Shown: one piece after another, positions 1 through 8,420 of the stretch
How the letters are laid out: each line of letters starts with the position of its first letter
Position numbering within the stretch: the first letter of the stretch is position 1
Sequence record: SRR20825010_1231
Strand: one strand, 5' to 3'
DNA: 20,000 nt
Position numbers and translations under genes: made by a program
Notes under the pieces: model-generated
What the model was told of the DNA's origin: nothing
What the model saw: the letters and a program-made list of their open reading frames with translations, nothing else
Databases searched by the model: none

Positions 1-76
1 AGCCAAGGTGTGTTTTGCACGTCTGGCGAGCAAGATGCCGGTCAAAGTCCGATTTGTCGAACGCCGCTCAGCGTGA
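1..76 (+). CDS. rplP: 50S ribosomal protein L16, 3' end (partial)
   Basis: Frame from nt 2 reads AKVCFARLASKMPVKVRFVERRSA*, matching the L16 C-terminus (A..KLP.K..FV.R). Lies directly upstream of L29, as in the S10 operon. Confidence 0.9.
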   Translation, partial: AKVCFARLASKMPVKVRFVERRSA

Positions 77-266
77 TCGCTTAGCGGTCCGACTGATTGG
101 CGGGTCGATGAGAAGGATTGCCCGCGACACTTCAACATACATCATCAACGTGAATGATCGAAACATCGATTGTTCCGTTCGTTGGGGTTGAGAAGTCGAT
201 TGGTAAACAATCCAAACCATTCTGACCCTTTGTACGATTCATCCCCTTTGACCTTTGTCTAATTCG

Positions 267-473
267 ATGACCAAACTGACCGAACTTCGCGAAATGAGCG
301 ACGAACAGCTCGATGCGACTGCGAAGGAAGCTGCTGAAACACTGTTTCGCTTGCGTTTCCAATCTCAGTCGGAGCGTTTGAATACGCCCAGCGAGATCAA
401 GAAGAACCGAAAAACGATCGCTCGTGTCAAGACGATCCAAACAGAACGTCAACTTGCTCAACCGCAAGCGTAA
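267..473 (+). CDS. rpmC: 50S ribosomal protein L29
   Basis: ELREMSDEQL...LFRLRFQ...IKKNRKTIARVKT. ATG at 267 preferred over TTG at 255. Confidence 0.96.
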   Translation: MTKLTELREMSDEQLDATAKEAAETLFRLRFQSQSERLNTPSEIKKNRKTIARVKTIQTERQLAQPQA

Positions 474-522
474 TTGACGCCTCAACCTCACCCATTCATT
501 CACTGCACGTCCAACTAGCACC

Positions 523-876
523 ATGCCCAAACGCGTCGTAGCCGGAATTGTGACCAGCGACAAAATGAGCAAGACGCGTCGCGTCGAGATCGCTCGTTTG
601 GTCAAGCATCCAAAATACAAGAAGTACATTCGCCGTCGCACGGTGTGTCACGTTCACGACGAGAACAATGAATCGGGCGTAGGCGACAAGGTCGAGATCA
701 TTGAATCGGAACCATTGAGCAAACTCAAACGCTGGCGTTTGGTCCGCGTGCTTGAAAAGAGCACCGCAGTCGACGTTGTTGCTTTGCGTGCCGCTCGCAA
801 GAATGCCGAGGCTGAAGGCTTGGCCGCAGCTCACGCTGGTGAACCCGAAACAGAATCGGCCGCCACGGACGCTTAA
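523..876 (+). CDS. rpsQ: 30S ribosomal protein S17 with C-terminal extension
   Basis: [41 protein letters not shown] motifs, followed by an Ala/Glu-rich tail. Confidence 0.98.
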   Translation: MPKRVVAGIVTSDKMSKTRRVEIARLVKHPKYKKYIRRRTVCHVHDENNESGVGDKVEIIESEPLSKLKRWRLVRVLEKSTAVDVVALRAARKNAEAEGLAAAHAGEPETESAATDA

Positions 877-930
877 TCGCAACCTCCTCCACACAATCGT
901 CCAACGTTTTTGTCGTTGAAGTAAACAGAT

Positions 931-1299
931 ATGATCCAACAAGAATCCCGCCTCGATGTCGCCGACAACACCGGTGCTCGAGAAGTCATGTGCATCAAGG
1001 TGCTCGGCGGCAGTCGGCGTCGTTTCGCCACCGTTGGCGACGTGATCGTATGCAGCGTCAAGAGTGTGATTCCTGGCAGCGAAGTGAAGAAGAAGGCCGT
1101 TGTGCGTGCCGTCATCGTCCGGGTGAAGCAACCAACCCGTCGTCCTGACGGAAGCTACATTCGCTTTGATTCCAACGCGGTTGTGTTGGTTGACAAAGAC
1201 CGCAACCCACGCGGAACACGCATCTTCGGTGCGGTCGCCCGTGAGTTGCGAGAAAACAACTTCATGAAAATCGTCAGCCTGGCCAACGAAGTGGTCTGA
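931..1299 (+). CDS. rplN: 50S ribosomal protein L14
   Basis: [38 protein letters not shown]; 122 aa. Confidence 0.99.
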   Translation: MIQQESRLDVADNTGAREVMCIKVLGGSRRRFATVGDVIVCSVKSVIPGSEVKKKAVVRAVIVRVKQPTRRPDGSYIRFDSNAVVLVDKDRNPRGTRIFGAVARELRENNFMKIVSLANEVV

Positions 1300-1378
1300 T
1301 TCGGTTTCTCGGTGACATCCACCGGGACATCGGGCCTAACCACCATTTGCAAACAAATTACCGATCAAAGTTACTACC

Positions 1379-1726
1379 ATGAAATTTCGCGTTGACGATG
1401 AAGTCATAGTGATTGCCGGAGCTGACAAAGGTCACCGTGGCAAAATTTTGAAAGTCGATCGCGACAAAGACAAGGTTGTCGTCGAAGGTGCTGCACGCGT
1501 GTGGAAGCACGTTCGCCAGAGCCAAAAGAACCCTCAGGGCGGTCGCTTGAACAAAGAGATGCCCATGAGCGCGAGCAACGTGATGTTGGTCGATCCATCA
1601 ACCGGCAAACCAACTCGCATCGGCGTTCGCTACCTGGAAGATGGAAGCAAAGAACGTTTCGCGAAGGCTAGCGGCGAAAGCCTCGGCCAAATCGCACCGG
1701 CGAAGGCGTCCAAAGCAGCTAGCTGA
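1379..1726 (+). CDS. rplX: 50S ribosomal protein L24
   Basis: KOW motif DEVIVIAGADKGHRGKI, VVVEG, GGRLNKEMPMSASNVML. Confidence 0.98.
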   Translation: MKFRVDDEVIVIAGADKGHRGKILKVDRDKDKVVVEGAARVWKHVRQSQKNPQGGRLNKEMPMSASNVMLVDPSTGKPTRIGVRYLEDGSKERFAKASGESLGQIAPAKASKAAS

Positions 1727-1793
1727 TTGACGACTACCACCACACACACCTTACCCTATTGGCCGTTACTTCCTTGGCGGCACAGTGCCTAAC

Positions 1794-2375
1794 ATGTCCA
1801 GCAACATTCCACGAATGCAACAGCGTTACGACGAATCCGTTCGTGCCGCTCTGACAGAAACTTACGGCTACAAGAACGTGCACCAAGTGCCACGTCTGCT
1901 GAAGATCAGCATGAACATGGGTGTTGGTGCCGCTGTTGGCGACAAGAAGGTCCTCGACTTGGCCATCGATTCGATGACCCAAATCACCGGACAAAAACCA
2001 GTCACCACCATTGCTCGTAAATCAATTGCAGGCTTCCGCTTGCGTGAAGGTATGCCAATCGGCTGCATGGTCACGATGCGTCGCCAACGGATGTATGAGT
2101 TCTTGGACCGTTTGGTTTCAATCGTTCTCCCTCGTGTCCGTGACTTTCGCGGTATCAGTCGCAAAGCCTTTGATGGCAACGGCAACTACACACTTGGTTT
2201 GAACGAGCAACTGGTTTTTCCAGAGCTTAACCCAGACAAATTCGTTCGTCCCCAAGGGATGAACATCAGCTTCGTTACTTCGGCCAAAACCGACGACGAA
2301 GCTCGTGAGATGTTGCGGTTGTTCGGCATGCCGTTCAAGCAACCCAAAGAAAAAGAGCAGGCCGGCGCGGCCTGA
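1794..2375 (+). CDS. rplE: 50S ribosomal protein L5
   Basis: [52 protein letters not shown] at 1794 (alternative GTG at 1785). Confidence 0.98.
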   Translation: MSSNIPRMQQRYDESVRAALTETYGYKNVHQVPRLLKISMNMGVGAAVGDKKVLDLAIDSMTQITGQKPVTTIARKSIAGFRLREGMPIGCMVTMRRQRMYEFLDRLVSIVLPRVRDFRGISRKAFDGNGNYTLGLNEQLVFPELNPDKFVRPQGMNISFVTSAKTDDEAREMLRLFGMPFKQPKEKEQAGAA

Positions 2376-2473
2376 TTCGGTTCCCCTCCCGGAACCAACC
2401 AATCGTTATATTTCAATTCGTCACATGTCTCTCGCTTGAGACGCTCCCCGATCCGTACACCGCAGGTCCTTTC

Positions 2474-2659
2474 GTGGCAAGCAAATCCAAGGTCGCCAAG
2501 GCGCTTCGCACGCCTAAATTTTCAACTCGAAAAGAGAACCGTTGCAAGTTTTGCGGTCGTCCACGTTCGGTGTATCGCAAGTTCGGCTTGTGCCGAATTT
2601 GCTTCCGTGAGAATGCCAACGCGGGATTGATCCCAGGCGTTCGTAAGAGCAGCTGGTGA
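2474..2659 (+). CDS. rpsN: 30S ribosomal protein S14, zinc-binding (type Z, C+) form
   Basis: 61 aa, GTG start, CKFCGRPR...[10 protein letters not shown]...IPGVRKSSW with two CxxC pairs. Confidence 0.98.
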   Translation: MASKSKVAKALRTPKFSTRKENRCKFCGRPRSVYRKFGLCRICFRENANAGLIPGVRKSSW

Positions 2660-2688
2660 GCTTGGATAATTAAAGGGAAACCACAGCC

Positions 2689-3090
2689 ATGATGACCGAC
2701 CCCATTGCCGACATGCTCACCCGAATTCGCAACGCCGTACGCGTCGAGCGTCCGTTCGTTGACATCCCCGCCAGCCGCGTAAAGCGTGGTTTGGCCGATG
2801 TTCTCAAACGAGAAGGATTCATTTGGGACTGGAAAGAAGAGAAGCTGGAAGAAGAACCAGTCGGCTACCTTCGTTTGGAACTGAAATATGGTCCCAACGG
2901 AGAACGAGTGATTCAGTCCATCCGACGAATCAGCAAGCCAGGCCGTCGTTTGTACAGCCGCAGTAAAGAACTCAAGCCTGTGTTGGGCGGTTTGGGAATC
3001 CGAATCATCAGCACCAGCAAGGGTGTGATCAGCGATCGCGAAGCACGCCGAGACAAAATTGGCGGCGAAGTCCTCTGCGAAGTGTCGTGA
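2689..3090 (+). CDS. rpsH: 30S ribosomal protein S8
   Basis: MTDPIADMLTRIRNA, LKREGFI, SKPGRRLY, GLGIRIISTSKG, GGEVLC. Confidence 0.99.
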   Translation: MMTDPIADMLTRIRNAVRVERPFVDIPASRVKRGLADVLKREGFIWDWKEEKLEEEPVGYLRLELKYGPNGERVIQSIRRISKPGRRLYSRSKELKPVLGGLGIRIISTSKGVISDREARRDKIGGEVLCEVS

Positions 3091-3155
3091 TCGATCGTCG
3101 TTGACGCCCCAATTGCCAAACCATTTATATTTCCCCCGTACATTTGTAATCAGCC

Positions 3156-3701
3156 ATGAGCCGCATTGGTAACAAGCCAGTCGCGATCCCCTCCGGTGTG
3201 ACAGTTAGCATTGCTGACCGCAACATTGATGTGGAAGGTCCCAAGGGCAAACTGTCGTTCAAACATCGTCCTGAAGTGAAGGTCGCCGTTGACAGTGACA
3301 CCAACCAAGTGATCGTTTCGCGTGATGGGGATGATCGTCCCTCCCGTGAATTTCATGGTCTGACCCGTGCGATCGTCGCCAACATGATGGTTGGTGTGAA
3401 AGACGGATACGAAAAGAAGTTGGAAATCGTCGGCGTCGGTTACCTGGCATCGATCAGCGGTGACACACTGCAACTGCGTGTCGGCTATGCCAACGAACTG
3501 CACCGCAAAATCCCAACTGACCTGACAGTCACTTGCCCGGACCAGACTCACGTTGTGATTCAGGGCTGCGACAAACAAAGCGTCGGGCAATTCGCGGCTG
3601 AGATTCGCTCGCTTCGCAAACCTGAGCCTTACAAGGGCAAAGGGATTCGATACCAAGGCGAACAGGTCAAGATCAAACCAGGTAAGTCGGCCACCAAGTA
3701 G
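3156..3701 (+). CDS. rplF: 50S ribosomal protein L6
   Basis: MSRIGNKPV, GPKGKL, GVGY, RKPEPYKGKGIRY. Confidence 0.99.
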   Translation: MSRIGNKPVAIPSGVTVSIADRNIDVEGPKGKLSFKHRPEVKVAVDSDTNQVIVSRDGDDRPSREFHGLTRAIVANMMVGVKDGYEKKLEIVGVGYLASISGDTLQLRVGYANELHRKIPTDLTVTCPDQTHVVIQGCDKQSVGQFAAEIRSLRKPEPYKGKGIRYQGEQVKIKPGKSATK

Positions 3702-3784
3702 GTTTGCCGTCGCAATTGGCGGGGCGTCGCTCCGCTGTTTCCATTCATTTCATCCGTTCACAACGATCATCGTGGGTCGTCACT

Positions 3785-4153
3785 ATGGACAAGAACAAAA
3801 AACTCCAAAGCAAACGCCTGCGTCGCCGGCGCCATGTTCGCAACAAGTTGCGAGGCAGTGCCGACCAGCCACGTTTGTGCATTCAGCGTACGCTGAAGCA
3901 CTTCGCTTGCCAGGTCGTTGATGACCAAGCTGGCAAGACCCTTCTCAGTGCGAGCACACGCGACAAAACTGTCCGTGACCAAGTGAAGGCCGGTGGCAAC
4001 TGTGACGCCGCGGCATTGGTTGGTAAGCTGGTCGCAGAAAAGGCTGCTGAGGCGGGTGTTAAGACCGTCAAGCTTGATCGTGGTCACAACAAGTACCACG
4101 GCCGAGTCAAAGCATTCGCAGACGCCGCTCGCGAAGCTGGTTTGCAGTTTTAA
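3785..4153 (+). CDS. rplR: 50S ribosomal protein L18
   Basis: RRRRHVRNKLRG...PRLCI, DRGHNKYHGRVKAFADAAREAGLQF. ATG at 3785 gives a normal L18 length. Confidence 0.97.
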   Translation: MDKNKKLQSKRLRRRRHVRNKLRGSADQPRLCIQRTLKHFACQVVDDQAGKTLLSASTRDKTVRDQVKAGGNCDAAALVGKLVAEKAAEAGVKTVKLDRGHNKYHGRVKAFADAAREAGLQF

Positions 4154-4200
4154 TTTTCCCATCCCGCGACATTCATCGCAACGAATCAACATAGTCCGCC

Positions 4201-4734
4201 ATGAGCAACGCACGAAACAAACGCAACAACAAGAACGAAGAGCAAGGTTTGGAAGCCGGTCTTCTGGACCGCGTCGTCAAAATCAAACGTTGTGCGGCTG
4301 TGGTTAAGGGCGGTCGCCGTTTCAGCTTTGCTGCGATGGTTGTCGTCGGCAACGGCAGTGGGCAGGTTGGTTGGGGCTATGGCAAGGCCAACGAAGTTCC
4401 ACCAAGCGTGCAGAAAGCACAAAAGCAAGCTTCACGTAGCATGATCCATGTTCCATTGGTCGAGGGCAGCATTCCTCACCAAGTTTGGGGCCGATATGGT
4501 GCCGCTCGCGTTGTCTTGATTCCAGCTGGTGCTGGTACGGGTATCATCGCTGGTCAAGCCGTCCGTGCTGTTTGCGAAGCCTGCGGAATCCACGACATTC
4601 TGACCAAGTCCTACGGAACCAATAATCCCGTCACGCTGGTCAAAGCGACCCTCGACGCGATGAGCAAGTTGCGAACCCGCGAGCAAATCGCTGCTTTGCG
4701 TGGATTGAACCCAGACGATTTGATCGAAGCCTAA
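4201..4734 (+). CDS. rpsE: 30S ribosomal protein S5
   Basis: VVKGGRRFSFAAMVVVGNG, GYGKANEVP, GTGIIAG, DILTKSYGTNNP. Confidence 0.99.
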   Translation: MSNARNKRNNKNEEQGLEAGLLDRVVKIKRCAAVVKGGRRFSFAAMVVVGNGSGQVGWGYGKANEVPPSVQKAQKQASRSMIHVPLVEGSIPHQVWGRYGAARVVLIPAGAGTGIIAGQAVRAVCEACGIHDILTKSYGTNNPVTLVKATLDAMSKLRTREQIAALRGLNPDDLIEA

Positions 4735-4897
4735 CAAAGCTGGCGGAATGCATCCGCCAAGAAGAAATTGCTTGGTTCCCATCGCTTTGAAGCGACCGAC
4801 TTCGGATACCTTTGGCAAAGACACTCATTCAAACACTCGGGCAGCATGACTGACGCCCAACGCTCAGTCTCCCGCCCCCAGCCATTCCATCACTACT

Positions 4898-5392
4898 ATG
4901 CAACTCAACGACGTTCATCGCGGTATTACGAAACACCGCCCTCGAAAACGCATCGGTCGTGGTCCTGGTAGCGGCACCGGCAAAACGTCGGGTCGTGGGC
5001 ACAAGGGACACAAGAGCCGCAGCGGTTACAGCCGCAAGCCCAACTTCCAGGGCGGTGCGATGCCAATGTTCCGTCGCGTGCCAAAGCGTGGTTTCAACAA
5101 CCGTTGGGCGTTGACCATCTTCGCTGTCAATGTTGGCAAGCTGAACGATGCTTTCAACGAAGGTGAAACCGTCACCCTCGAAGCACTCGCCGCCAAGAAC
5201 CTCGCGAAGGGAAACTTCGACGAACTGAAGGTTCTCGGTGATGGTGAATTGACAAAGAAGCTGACCATTCAGGCTCATCGCTTCAGCAAGTCGGCTGAAG
5301 AAAAGATCTCGGCCGCGGGCGGGACAGCAGAAAAGCTGGCTCCGAAACGCACGCCAGACGAACGCGTCGAAGCCCTCAAAAGCGAAAAGTAA
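4898..5392 (+). CDS. rplO: 50S ribosomal protein L15
   Basis: [57 protein letters not shown]. Confidence 0.99.
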
Positions 5393-5446
5393 TCCGGAGA
5401 ATTCGCGGCCAATGACGGTCGCGACTTTCCACCTAACCGACAAAAC

Positions 5447-5483
5447 AACAGGCCTTGGCGATTTCGTCGGGCCTGTTTTCTTT
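5447..5483 (+). terminator. Probable intrinsic terminator between rplO and secY
   Basis: AACAGGCC (5447-5454) pairs with GGCCTGTT (5470-5477), extended by inner GGCG/CGTC pairs around an ATTT loop. The 3' arm runs into TTTTCTTT (5476-5483). An A-rich run on the left allows bidirectional function. Confidence 0.7.
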
Positions 5484-5669
5484 GAATTGGCACCAGTTGA
5501 AAAAGCTTCGCGGCAATCGTTCTTCCGTGATTTGGCTTTGGTTGCTAGTTTGATTGCCGTGGCGATGGTAATTTCCTTCGCCAAGTCCAGAACAACCTTT
5601 GCGTGCTCGCCATTTTTGCTTGGCGAGACGACATGAATTCACCCTGCACGATCGACGACGGACGGATCG

Positions 5670-7064
5670 ATGTTTGAAAAGCTGCGAATCATTTTCTCGA
5701 TCCCTGAACTTCGCAAGAAGGTCATGCTGACGATCGGGTTGCTTGCTATCTACCGGATCGGGTTCCATATCCCGTTGCCGATGATCGCCACCAACTTGGA
5801 CAGCGGTGCTGGCGGCGGTGCAGCCGACTTTTTCGAAAAGGTCAGCGTTTTCGCGGCTAGCGATCTTCGTCAAGCGACGATCTTCGGCCTCGGAATCATG
5901 CCGTACATTTCGGCGTCGATTATCTTCCAATTGCTCGGCAGCGTTTACAAACCGCTGGAAGAGTTGAAAAAGGAAGGCGAAGCTGGCCGGAAGAAACTCA
6001 ACGAATACACGCGTTATCTGACTGTGGTGATCTGCTTGGTGCAGAGCTACATGTATCTCAAGTTCATGCTGATGGCTGGCTCTAATGGCCAAAGCAGCAT
6101 CAACCCGAACTTCATGAATGCGAACGAACAATTGTTCTTCGGCTGGCAAATCGTGGCCGTTCTGGTCATGACAACAGGAACCGTGTTCCTGATGTGGCTG
6201 GGTGAGCAAATTGACGAATACGGTATCGGCAACGGGATCAGCTTGCTGATCATGGCCGGCATCCTGGCTCAGATGCCTAAGGCACTCTACGAATTGGTGC
6301 TGGGGATGAAGACCGAACTGACCGGACTGGCAAAAGGCCAAGTCGGAATTGAGACCCTGATCATCTTGGTCGTGCTGTTTGTTGTCGTCGTCTTCGGTGT
6401 GGTGTTTATCACATTGGGACAACGCAAAATCCCAACTCAATCGGCCAAGTTTACTCGCGGTCGTCGCGTGTATGGTGGCACACGGCAACACTTGCCGCTT
6501 CGAATCAATCAAGCCGGTGTGATGCCCATCATTTTCGCCAGCTCGCTGTTGATGATTCCAGGTGTTCTGTTTGGGTTCCTTGCTGGTCAATTTGCGTCTG
6601 ACGGTTCCTTGTTCCGCGGATTCAACCTGATCAGCTTGACGATGAGCGATCAGACCTCGTACTTCTTCAACCTGTTGTATGTCGGTTTGATCTTCTTCTT
6701 CTGCTACTTCTGGACAGCAATCACTTTCAACCCGAAAGAAATGAGCGACAACCTGCGTGATTCAGGAACATTCATTCCTGGTTACCGTCCAGGCCGTCGT
6801 ACGACGGACTACCTCGAAAAGGTGATGGTCCGCATTACCTATGTCGGTGCTGCCTTCTTGGGTTTGATCGCGATTGTTCCAACAATCGTTTACGGATCCC
6901 TAGGTGTTCCTTACTCGATCGCCGGTTTTTACGGTGGTACGGGTCTGCTGATCGCCGTCAGCGTCGCGTTCGACTTGGTTCAAAAGATCGACAGTCACTT
7001 GGTGATGCGAAACTATCGCGGATTGCTGGAAGGTGCCGGCGGCGGCACTTCACCCGTCGTTTGA
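5670..7064 (+). CDS. secY: Preprotein translocase subunit SecY
   Basis: IFGLGIMPYISASIIFQLL, GEAGRKKLNEYTRY, WLGEQIDEYGIGNGISLLI, AGVMPIIFASS, FIPGYRPG, GGTGLLIAV; multiple TM segments. Confidence 0.99.
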   Translation: MFEKLRIIFSIPELRKKVMLTIGLLAIYRIGFHIPLPMIATNLDSGAGGGAADFFEKVSVFAASDLRQATIFGLGIMPYISASIIFQLLGSVYKPLEELKKEGEAGRKKLNEYTRYLTVVICLVQSYMYLKFMLMAGSNGQSSINPNFMNANEQLFFGWQIVAVLVMTTGTVFLMWLGEQIDEYGIGNGISLLIMAGILAQMPKALYELVLGMKTELTGLAKGQVGIETLIILVVLFVVVVFGVVFITLGQRKIPTQSAKFTRGRRVYGGTRQHLPLRINQAGVMPIIFASSLLMIPGVLFGFLAGQFASDGSLFRGFNLISLTMSDQTSYFFNLLYVGLIFFFCYFWTAITFNPKEMSDNLRDSGTFIPGYRPGRRTTDYLEKVMVRITYVGAAFLGLIAIVPTIVYGSLGVPYSIAGFYGGTGLLIAVSVAFDLVQKIDSHLVMRNYRGLLEGAGGGTSPVV

Positions 7065-7077
7065 TTCTGGCAGTTTT

Positions 7078-7656
7078 GTGCGAATTGTCTTTATCGGCCC
7101 GCCTGGCGCGGGCAAGGGCACTCAGTGTGAACTGCTAAGCAAAGCTCTCAAGGTGCCTCACATTGGCACCGGCGGAATGCTGAGAGCCTTAAAGCCAGAA
7201 AGTGGCGAGCAGATTCATCTTCGAATCGATCGCGGCCACTTTGCACCGGATGATTTCGTGCTGCAGATGGTTGCGGAACGACTCGCTCAACCGGACAGCC
7301 GCACCGGTTATCTGTTGGACGGTTTTCCGCGAACGCAGGTCCAAGCCAGTGCATTCGACAAGCAACTCGTCGCGGCTTCGCTGAAACTGGATCACGTGTT
7401 GCACCTTCAAGTTTCGGCGGACGTTCTGATCGAACGTCTCCGCAAGAGGGGTGAAACCGAAAACCGTGCCGACGATTCCGAAGAGTTCATTCGAGAGCGT
7501 TTTCGCATCTACGAAGATCGAACCGCCCCGTTGCTGGATCACTATCGGTGTCAGGGGTTGGTTCGGGACATCGACGCTTCCGATTCAGAGTCGCTGGTGC
7601 ATGCATCGATTTGCGAATGCCTGAATTTCACGCTCGCCTCGCCAGCAGAGTCTTAA
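7078..7656 (+). CDS. adk: Adenylate kinase, short (LID-less) type
   Basis: P-loop GPPGAGKGTQ, GYLLDGFPRT, R...RADD. Follows secY. GTG at 7078 gives the canonical M-R-I-V-F-I-G start. Confidence 0.92.
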   Translation: MRIVFIGPPGAGKGTQCELLSKALKVPHIGTGGMLRALKPESGEQIHLRIDRGHFAPDDFVLQMVAERLAQPDSRTGYLLDGFPRTQVQASAFDKQLVAASLKLDHVLHLQVSADVLIERLRKRGETENRADDSEEFIRERFRIYEDRTAPLLDHYRCQGLVRDIDASDSESLVHASICECLNFTLASPAES

Positions 7657-7718
7657 GCGACGGCCTTTTCCGGAGCGGCGCGGACCCAGGTAGAGCCGAC
7701 CCACTGCAGATGATGTTC

Positions 7719-8420
7719 TCAACGTGCTCGTCGAGAACGGCGTTGGCGTTCCATTCGAATCCGGCAACCAACTGGAACCGTCTCTGAAACCGTGACAGGT
7801 TTGCCCGCCAATACATCATCGATTGCATCCCGCAGGTACGGCTTGCTCACATTGCGGCCATCAGGACTATCGTCCATCGCCCCCATGTAGGCGATTTTGC
7901 GATCGGCATCGAGCACGAAGAACTGTGGCGTGTACTTCGCGCCATAATCGCGAGCGATCTGTTGGGACTCATCGTAGAGATAAGCGAACGGGAACTGCTT
8001 TTCCTTCGCTTTCTCTTTCATGGCCGGCATCGCGTCCTCTTCGATCGTGTTGACGTTGACGGCGATCACCGAGACCGATTTCTCTGCGTAGTCCTTGGTC
8101 AGTGCGATCAGGCGTTCTTCCGCGTCGATCGCATAAGGACAACTGTTGCAAGTGAATGCCAGAACCACGACCTTCGAATCCGATAGATCGTTCAGGGACG
8201 AAGTCGTGTCCTCCGTGGTCGGCAACTCACTCCATTCGGGAGCCGGATCACCAATCTCCAGCACGGTGTTGAACTCACCAGCAACAGCGTGGCCAGCCAA
8301 ATGGATCCAGCAACAGGTCGTCACGAGACCGACCAGAACGCAGCAATTTAATTTCATCGAGACTCTCTCGGACGAGGCGAAGACACCAACGATCAATGAG
8401 TTTAGCTGAACCACCTTCAT
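7719..8420 (-). CDS. Exported thioredoxin-fold redoxin (AhpC/TSA, PRX-like family)
   Basis: IGDPAPEW, FTCNSCPYA (CxxC), FPFAYLYDESQQIARDYGAKYTPQFFVLD, YMGAMDD, C-terminal GCRI; hydrophobic signal-like N-terminus. Start is ATG 8420 (ATGA overlap with the upstream stop) or ATG 8357. Confidence 0.85.
   Translation of the reverse strand: MKVVQLNSLIVGVFASSERVSMKLNCCVLVGLVTTCCWIHLAGHAVAGEFNTVLEIGDPAPEWSELPTTEDTTSSLNDLSDSKVVVLAFTCNSCPYAIDAEERLIALTKDYAEKSVSVIAVNVNTIEEDAMPAMKEKAKEKQFPFAYLYDESQQIARDYGAKYTPQFFVLDADRKIAYMGAMDDSPDGRNVSKPYLRDAIDDVLAGKPVTVSETVPVGCRIRMERQRRSRRAR

Noticed and set aside
2474..2659. Zn-ribbon S14 as a novelty
   Set aside because: The short C+ S14 in the spc operon is widespread and well described.
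3704..3784. N-terminal extensions from the ORF track (rplR 3704; also adk 7033, ceramidase-like 9400, SGNH 9595)
   Set aside because: Downstream starts give canonical N-termini or signal peptides. Some extensions would overlap neighbouring or divergent genes.
4768..4971. 67-aa ORF in the rpmD slot
   Set aside because: TTG start, no L30 similarity, overlaps rplO out of frame.
132..6590. Long antisense ORFs over r-protein genes and secY (e.g. 132-641, 496-1131, 4829-5584, 5433-6590)
   Set aside because: Shadow ORFs opposite highly conserved genes, with no recognisable motifs.
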